This document shows positions 25,830-32,000 of a stretch of DNA of 32,000 bases, piece after piece. Within the stretch, counting starts at the first letter, position 1, and each line of letters begins with the position of its first letter. Under the pieces are notes generated by a model. The model had not been told where the DNA came from. It was given only the letters and a program-made list of their open reading frames with translations, and did no database searches. Source of the stretch: an uncultured Gammaproteobacteria bacterium (GTDB lineage: Bacteria > Patescibacteriota > Patescibacteriia > UBA2591 > UBA6264); the NCBI GenBank assembly GCA_964507075.1, contig CAZDOL010000001.1, forward strand, positions 13,040-45,039. Reading direction: 5' to 3'. The translations under genes were made by a program, and so were the position numbers.

Positions 25830-26414
25830 ATGATTAAAATCAAAAACGAAGAATTAATCCAAGAACTGATTGGTGAAACAAAAAATTTTCCAAAATATGC
25901 CACTCAATTAATAAACATAGCTAACCAAAATGCCCAAGGAACAAGACCTCGAGTGGTTGGACAACTATCAGAATTAATCAATGAGTGTCCAGAAAAAACT
26001 TATCAAGGATGGAAAAAATGGTATCTTTCAAGATATCCCAATACTATCAAAAATGCGACAGAAAAAATCAACGAAATGATGAATAACCTGAAAGGCGCTA
26101 TAAAATCAATTGATAAATCAATGATTAAAAAATGGGTTGAAGATTTGGTCTTAGAGAAGACTTTTATTGGTCTAAAATTTCAAGTAGCAATTCTGAAAAA
26201 AATTGCCTTAATAAAAAATACCAATTATAAATTAGCTGACCCGAAAGAAGAATCACAAGGTATTGACGGTTTTATTGGCAATGTCCCGATTTCAATCAAG
26301 CCAATAACCTATAAAACAAAAGATGCTTTAAAAGAGGAAATCAGAACTAAAATTATTTATTATAATAAAACTAAATCTGGTTTAGAAATAGACGCAGATA
26401 CTATTTTAAAATAA
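25830..26414 (+). CDS. Putative type II restriction endonuclease (PD-(D/E)xK-like; possibly MjaI-like family)
   Basis: 194-aa ORF whose stop overlaps the methyltransferase start (TAATG). A candidate catalytic region is EESQGIDGFIGNVPISIKP (D...SxK). The MjaI-family resemblance is from memory and unverified. Confidence 0.55.
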   Translation: MIKIKNEELIQELIGETKNFPKYATQLINIANQNAQGTRPRVVGQLSELINECPEKTYQGWKKWYLSRYPNTIKNATEKINEMMNNLKGAIKSIDKSMIKKWVEDLVLEKTFIGLKFQVAILKKIALIKNTNYKLADPKEESQGIDGFIGNVPISIKPITYKTKDALKEEIRTKIIYYNKTKSGLEIDADTILK

Positions 26415-27388
26415 TGACAATGGCAACAACTCATAAAATTATAATTGGCGATTCACGCAATATGGTTGCTGTCCCAGACAAATCGGTTCATCTTGGTATT
26501 ACCTCGCCACCTTATTGGCAAATCAAAGATTACAAAAACGAGAATCAAATTGGGTTTAATGACACATATGAAGAGTATATTGATAATTTAAATAAGGTCT
26601 GGTCAGAATGCTACCGAGTTTTACATCCCGGATGCCGATTGTGCATAAATATCGGTGATCAATTTGCGAGAGCTGTGACTTACGGAAGATACAAAGTCAT
26701 ACCGATTAGAACAGAGATTATAAAATTCTGTGAGTCAATTGGCTTTGATTATATGGGAGCGATTATTTGGCAAAAAAAGACAACAATGAATACTACTGGC
26801 GGTGCTTCAGTAATGGGCTCTTTCCCTTATCCTCGTAATGGTATTATTGAGATTGACTACGAATTCATTCTCTTGTTTAAAAAACTAGGAAAATTACCAA
26901 ATAATATATCTGCAAAAAACAAAAAACAATCAGAAATGACAAAAGAAGAATGGAGAAAATATTTTACCGGTCACTGGAATTTTGCTGGCGAAAGACAAAA
27001 TAACGGACACATCGCAATGTTCCCTGAAGAATTACCAAAAAGACTGATAAAAATGTTTAGCTTCATTGGTGAAACTATTTTAGATCCCTTTTTGGGTAGT
27101 GGAACTAGCGCAAAAGTAGCCAAAGAATTAAAAAGAAACTCTATTGGCTATGAAATTAACGAAGACTACCTGCCTATAATTAAGAAAAAAGTTGGTATTT
27201 CAAAAAAATCCCTTTTTGACAGAGAGTGTAAATTTGAAATTTTGCGCCAAAAAACAAAAAAAATACTGCCCAAAATCACTACAACCAAAAAAAAATCTTC
27301 TAAAAAATCTTTAATAAATAACCGAATTAACAATCCAGATTACTGGAAATCTTTAAAAGAAAAAAATCAAGTTAAACTATCTATGTAA
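26414..27388 (+). CDS. DNA methyltransferase, beta-class N4-C/N6-A (SPPY type, likely m4C)
   Basis: Motif IV (ITSPPYW) lies near the N-terminus and motif I (DPFLGSGTS) near the C-terminus, which is the beta-class order. A basic low-complexity tail follows. Confidence 0.88.
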   Translation: MTMATTHKIIIGDSRNMVAVPDKSVHLGITSPPYWQIKDYKNENQIGFNDTYEEYIDNLNKVWSECYRVLHPGCRLCINIGDQFARAVTYGRYKVIPIRTEIIKFCESIGFDYMGAIIWQKKTTMNTTGGASVMGSFPYPRNGIIEIDYEFILLFKKLGKLPNNISAKNKKQSEMTKEEWRKYFTGHWNFAGERQNNGHIAMFPEELPKRLIKMFSFIGETILDPFLGSGTSAKVAKELKRNSIGYEINEDYLPIIKKKVGISKKSLFDRECKFEILRQKTKKILPKITTTKKKSSKKSLINNRINNPDYWKSLKEKNQVKLSM

Positions 27389-27447
27389 TTCACAAAATTC
27401 GCAAATTAGAAAATATTTTTATTTTAATTTATTAACTAAATAATTTT

Positions 27448-30051
27448 ATGAAACCAAAAAACAAAATACTTATTTTGACGCTCGTTGGAATGCTACTCTT
27501 ACCCTGCGCTATTGTAAAGGCGCAAGATGCTGATGAGATTGGACAGCCAACCATCATAAACATATCAGTTTCCAAAGAGATTGGTTTTGTTCCTCAACAA
27601 TTTGAAGTTCAGGCAGGAAAAACCATAACAATTGAATTAACTAGCGATGACAATTCAGTCCATGGATTAAAATTTTCAGACAAAAACCTAAAAGACCTAA
27701 CTATAGGCGTAAATGCAGGCCAAACAACAAGCATTACTTTTGATACCCCCACCGAACTAAAAGATTACTCCTTCTACTGCACCGCGCCCGGACATAAAAG
27801 AAAAGGTGAAACTGGAACAATGACTGTTATTAAGCCAATATTGACTGACTCAGCTCAAATGGATGAAGATATTACTGCTACGGATCTGGGGGTTGAAGAA
27901 TTCAAAACAACATCAAATAACATTTTCAGTCCTTTTAATAATTTATGGAATAACATTAAAATAGCTTTCACTGCTGATCCTATCAAAAAAATTGAAATGC
28001 GCCTTGACCTTGCTAATGAAAAATTAATAGAAGCAAAAAAACTAACAGAAGAACTTAATCAACCCGAAAAGGCTGTGCAGGCCATTAACGCCTACCAAAA
28101 AGAAATCTCTAAAAGCATTAAAATAATAGAGAATATGGATGTAACGGAGAATATAACAGATGAGGATCAAATTAAAACACAGGCATTAACCGATAAAATC
28201 ATTGATAATTCTTTTAAGCAACAAAATCTAATAGATGGTCTAGAAAAAAAGCTAATGGTAGAACATTTTGATGAATTGTATAAAGCAAAAGAAGAAAATA
28301 TAAAGTATTTAAACATTGTCTTTGATCAAATAATCCCATCTGAAAAAATAGAATCAACAATAACTGATATGATAGATAAACAAAAAGGAAGCGAGTTTCA
28401 AGACTTTAAAAATCTAGAAATCCTTAAAACTATTGAAGAAAAAGCACCCGAACAAGCCATGTTAGCAATTCAAGGGGCGCAAGAAAATACTATCCAAAGA
28501 TTAGAAAAAAATATTGAAACAATGAATGAAGAAAAGAAAGAAGAATTCAAAAATTATGTTGAAAATATCGGGGGCAATGAAGTTCTTCACTTCAAGGTTA
28601 TTGAAGATATGGCAAAAAGAGATATAACAGAAAGCGTAAATAGCGTTGTGGCGAACATCAAAGAGAAAGCGATAGATAAAATTAGCAATAAAATAGAAAT
28701 TCTTTCAGAAAAATCACAGAACAACCTTCTCAATAACCTAAAAACAGAGAAAATTGAAGATTTACGAATTATTAACGAATTAGAGAATAGTGTTTCAACT
28801 CAAACAAAGGATAGGATTACAGAAATTAAAGAAGAAGCTCTTCAAAAAATAAGTAAAAATATTATTGAGAACACTGATACATCCGAAGGACAAGAAAAAT
28901 TTTTAAAAGAGATGAGAGATAATAATGACGTCAAGCAATTAGAAATTATTAAAGAAATTGAAAGTACTATTCCAGCAATTAAAATGGACATCATTCAAGA
29001 AGCGAAAACTGAAACAATTAGAAAAATAAAAGAAGACATTGCTGGCGCAAAGAATGAAGAAGAAAAAGAAAAAATCTTGAACAAAATAGCCGGAGATCGT
29101 CCAGAGCAAATTAAAATAATTGAAGAGATGAATAGCGTAGCTCCAATAATGAATGATATTATGAAAAAACAAACAGAAAAAATACAGAATAAAATCCAAA
29201 TAACGGAAAACACGTCCACCCTAGAACAACTCCGCGAAAGAATTCAACAAGATGACAACAATGACAATACAGAAGAAAAAGGTATGAGTAGTGCCTATAT
29301 GAGAGAGATGCAAGAACAGATTAATGGTAGAATAAAAATTATTGAAGAAGAAGGCCAAGACCTCATCAAAAACAATTCCGAAAGACCAAAAGAAATAGAA
29401 ACTACTGAAAGCTCTCAATCCTTATCAAATATAAGAAGGTCTGAAAATTGTATTCAAGTGATTACTCCAGCGCTCAATCCAACTAATGGAACCTGCATAA
29501 ACTTTCCTACGCCTTGCGATGTGCCGTCTGGATGGAAAAAGGTAGAAAGCTGCACCCAAGCCAACCCCATTGAAAAAATAGATGAATTGACTTGCTCAGA
29601 ATTATGTTTATCTTGGGGTTACGAAAAAGGAATTTGCAGAAAATGGGCAGTAGTCCCGTCAGCCCAAATGGGCTGCCAAAGATATGAATTAGACTCTGGT
29701 CCAACTTCTGATTGTTTCGTGTCTGCAGGTTTAATCGGCACTAGCAAAACTTGTTGCTGTGTACGTTCACCACTCTTACCAATAACACCAACTGAACAAC
29801 CTAACGCTTATTCAGAATTTAAAATAATCCAACCAGAACAAGGAGAAAGACAAACAGAAGAACCTACCTCTTATTCAGGAAATATAATAGTCCCCAACGA
29901 ACAGGGTATAGCTCCTGACGAAAAGCCGCAAATGTTGAATGAATCTCCAGTTCAATCTGATCAACAAAACATAGCTCCCATTGAAATTGAACCAACGACA
30001 GAATCTTCTACAATGCAAAACAAGGAAGGATCTACTAAGAGCAATAGATAA
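27448..30051 (+). CDS. Secreted multidomain protein: cupredoxin domain, long helical/coiled-coil region and Cys-rich C-terminal modules
   Basis: Signal peptide (LLLPCAIVKA|QD). Type-1 copper ligand pattern (SVHGL ... FYCTAPGHKRKGETGTM). About 500 aa of E/K/I/N-rich heptad-like sequence. Cys-rich blocks CIQVITPALNPTNGTCINFPTPCDVPSGW and LTCSELC...CRKW...C...C...CCC. A Pro/Gln/Glu-rich tail. Confidence 0.75.
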   Translation: MKPKNKILILTLVGMLLLPCAIVKAQDADEIGQPTIINISVSKEIGFVPQQFEVQAGKTITIELTSDDNSVHGLKFSDKNLKDLTIGVNAGQTTSITFDTPTELKDYSFYCTAPGHKRKGETGTMTVIKPILTDSAQMDEDITATDLGVEEFKTTSNNIFSPFNNLWNNIKIAFTADPIKKIEMRLDLANEKLIEAKKLTEELNQPEKAVQAINAYQKEISKSIKIIENMDVTENITDEDQIKTQALTDKIIDNSFKQQNLIDGLEKKLMVEHFDELYKAKEENIKYLNIVFDQIIPSEKIESTITDMIDKQKGSEFQDFKNLEILKTIEEKAPEQAMLAIQGAQENTIQRLEKNIETMNEEKKEEFKNYVENIGGNEVLHFKVIEDMAKRDITESVNSVVANIKEKAIDKISNKIEILSEKSQNNLLNNLKTEKIEDLRIINELENSVSTQTKDRITEIKEEALQKISKNIIENTDTSEGQEKFLKEMRDNNDVKQLEIIKEIESTIPAIKMDIIQEAKTETIRKIKEDIAGAKNEEEKEKILNKIAGDRPEQIKIIEEMNSVAPIMNDIMKKQTEKIQNKIQITENTSTLEQLRERIQQDDNNDNTEEKGMSSAYMREMQEQINGRIKIIEEEGQDLIKNNSERPKEIETTESSQSLSNIRRSENCIQVITPALNPTNGTCINFPTPCDVPSGWKKVESCTQANPIEKIDELTCSELCLSWGYEKGICRKWAVVPSAQMGCQRYELDSGPTSDCFVSAGLIGTSKTCCCVRSPLLPITPTEQPNAYSEFKIIQPEQGERQTEEPTSYSGNIIVPNEQGIAPDEKPQMLNESPVQSDQQNIAPIEIEPTTESSTMQNKEGSTKSNR

Positions 30052-30063
30052 AAAAAACAAAAC

Positions 30064-31317
30064 ATGAAATACCACATTGTTACCTACGGCTGCCAAATGA
30101 ATGAATCAGACTCAGAAAGAATAGCTCACATATTAAAAACAGCGAATCATAAATCAGCCCCCGATATTAATGGGGCTGATTTAATTGTGGTTAATATGTG
30201 TTCGGTTAGGCAATCAGCAGTAAACAGAATTTATGGATTAAGTAAAAAATTAGCTGATATTAAAAAAAATAAACCTGAACTAAAAACGATTCTTACAGGA
30301 TGCATTTTAAAGGCAGATCGAAAAAAAATGGAAAATAAATTTGACCAAATAATCAGCATTCAAGATATTGATTGTCTTTTCAGTCCTGTTTCAACCGAGC
30401 ATTATCTTTCGGCCCTCCCCCTTTATTCCTCTTCCTTCTCGGCTTATGTCCCAATTATGACCGGCTGTAATAATTTTTGCTCTTATTGTGTTGTGCCTTA
30501 TGTGCGAGGCAGAGAATATTCCCGTCCAACTTCAGAAATCATTACTGAAATTCAAAAAATCGTTAAAAGAGGTTATCATGAAATTATATTATTGGGACAA
30601 AATGTCAATTCTTATAAAAATAAAAATGGTCAGCATTTCCCTGAACTACTAAAAACCATTCACAATATCCCTGGTAATTTTTGGCTCAGTTTTATTACCT
30701 CTCATCCTAAAGATTTTTCCGATGAATTAATTGAAGTAATGGCTAATTCTCCAAAAATTTGCCCCTATCTCCACTTAGCTGTTCAGTCCGGGGATAATCA
30801 AATTCTCAAAAAAATGAACCGAAATTATACCATAGAACAATATAAAAAAATAATATCTAAAATTCGCCGAAAAATACCACAAATCAACATTTCTACTGAT
30901 ATTATTGTAGGCTTTCCGGGAGAAACAAAAAGACAGTTTGCGCACACTAAAAAATTAATGAAAAAAATTAAGTTTGATATGGCATATATCGCTCAATACT
31001 CACCTAGGCCAAACACCAACGCAGCCAAATTGAAAGACAATATATCTACCAAAGAAAAGAAAAAAAGAGATAAAATCCTAAATCAAATCTTAACAAAAAC
31101 AGCCCTTCAGAATAACCAAAAATATATTGGTCAAAAAACTGAAGCCTTAGTTATTAATCCCTATCAGGCCAAAACAAAAAGTTTTAAAAAAATTAAATTA
31201 GACAAACCTGCTGTTCCAGGCGCATTCATTTCTTGCCAAATTACCGCTGCTCAAGCTTGGAGATTAATCGGGCATCCTCTTGATGCGACGCAAAATAACA
31301 ACATAAATTCCAATTAA
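30064..31317 (+). CDS. miaB: Radical-SAM methylthiotransferase, MiaB-like
   Basis: N-terminal UPF0004 Cys triad context (VTYGCQMNESDSE ... NMCSVR), radical-SAM CNNFCSYCVVP and a C-terminal TRAM-like region. Confidence 0.8.
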   Translation: MKYHIVTYGCQMNESDSERIAHILKTANHKSAPDINGADLIVVNMCSVRQSAVNRIYGLSKKLADIKKNKPELKTILTGCILKADRKKMENKFDQIISIQDIDCLFSPVSTEHYLSALPLYSSSFSAYVPIMTGCNNFCSYCVVPYVRGREYSRPTSEIITEIQKIVKRGYHEIILLGQNVNSYKNKNGQHFPELLKTIHNIPGNFWLSFITSHPKDFSDELIEVMANSPKICPYLHLAVQSGDNQILKKMNRNYTIEQYKKIISKIRRKIPQINISTDIIVGFPGETKRQFAHTKKLMKKIKFDMAYIAQYSPRPNTNAAKLKDNISTKEKKKRDKILNQILTKTALQNNQKYIGQKTEALVINPYQAKTKSFKKIKLDKPAVPGAFISCQITAAQAWRLIGHPLDATQNNNINSN

Positions 31318-31953
31318 CAAAATACCGAGGGGGATAATATTCCACTGCAAATTAAACCTCACAATACTATTATACAAACCGTGAAGTAAGAAAGCCCAAA
31401 AAAGACCGAGTAAGGGAAGATATCTTGAATATTTGGGATTAAATTTGACTAATCCCCAATAATACCCAATGATTCCTCCTGTTAAAAAATGAATTAATGT
31501 TGTGGTCAATCCCCTAAGCAAAATAAGGCTTGTGCCAGACCATATATTCGGAGACAAAAAACCATAAAGGATATTTTCACTAAAGGCAAACCCTAAACCT
31601 AAAGTCATGCCATAAATAAAACCATCCCTAATTTGATTAAAATGTTGAGCTCGATAAATTCCCAAACGAAAAATAACATATTTTGCCAATTCTTCAAATA
31701 GACCATCAATTAAAAAAGAACAGAATAATATCATCAAAATTGGACCTAAAATTAAATTCTTTTCACTCCAATCAGTTAAATTGCCCGTAATCAACATTAA
31801 AGGGATGGTAACTAAACATCCCAACAAAAAAACTCTAAAAATTTGCCCAGCTGGTTCTGGGGCCGAACGATCTAATCTTAAGCAAACCAAAAGCCATATT
31901 CCAATGGGCAAAGCGCTGAATAATAAATAAATTAAAAAAATTTGATAATTCAT
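31264..31953 (-). CDS. PrsW-family intramembrane metalloprotease
   Basis: 229-aa polytopic protein with FEELAKY (EExxK) and LLHGLYNS (HxxxN) motifs. It converges on miaB with a 54-nt overlap. Confidence 0.75.
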   Translation of the reverse strand: MNYQIFLIYLLFSALPIGIWLLVCLRLDRSAPEPAGQIFRVFLLGCLVTIPLMLITGNLTDWSEKNLILGPILMILFCSFLIDGLFEELAKYVIFRLGIYRAQHFNQIRDGFIYGMTLGLGFAFSENILYGFLSPNIWSGTSLILLRGLTTTLIHFLTGGIIGYYWGLVKFNPKYSRYLPLLGLFWAFLLHGLYNSIVRFNLQWNIIPLGILLIGIYVVILRRIKRMPD

Positions 31954-32000
31954 AGCATCTTTAATGCTACCTCAACTATGAAAAAAAATAAACCCCCATT

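Noticed and set aside
28939-29418. Three minus-strand ORFs inside the large secreted-protein gene, and similar ones at 29507-30096
   Set aside because: They are antisense to an A/G-rich coiled-coil coding region, which naturally yields F/I/L-rich stop-free antisense frames. There is no independent support.

Overview
A visibly AT-rich, gene-dense window with short or overlapping gene junctions and the standard genetic code: TGA is used as a stop at 1511 and 15275, and no ORF is broken. Almost all of it is core housekeeping. It holds a CIRCE-controlled hrcA-grpE-dnaK operon, murG, dprA, topA, tRNA-Leu(CAA), rpmE-prfA, rplY, a SEDS (RodA/FtsW) protein, dnaE, thrS, miaB, rpsI and a two-gene polysaccharide block (glycosyltransferase plus Wzx-like flippase). 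Charged tails on ribosomal proteins, a short HrcA, a TGS-less ThrRS, the missing dnaJ and rplM neighbours, and a large secreted coiled-coil protein fit a reduced-genome, Patescibacteria/CPR-like bacterium; that placement is inference only. The accessory content is small. It comprises an IS200/RAYT-type HUH tyrosine transposase with palindromic hairpins in mirrored order on both sides and 34-bp direct repeats, a compact R-then-M type II restriction-modification pair, and a small GIY-YIG gene bounded by a perfect 15-bp inverted repeat. I found no recognisable multi-gene novel defence or secretion system. The signals least explained by ordinary annotation are non-coding: (1) a roughly 180-nt element at 4025-4205 closed by a helix of about 20 bp, a likely unclassified structured RNA; (2) a dispersed period-8 repeat (ATTRGAAC)n, with an identical 17-nt end at two loci and one copy embedded in frame in thrS; (3) several GC-rich palindromic modules standing out from the AT-rich background. 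All family assignments come from motif recognition by eye and need a database search to confirm.
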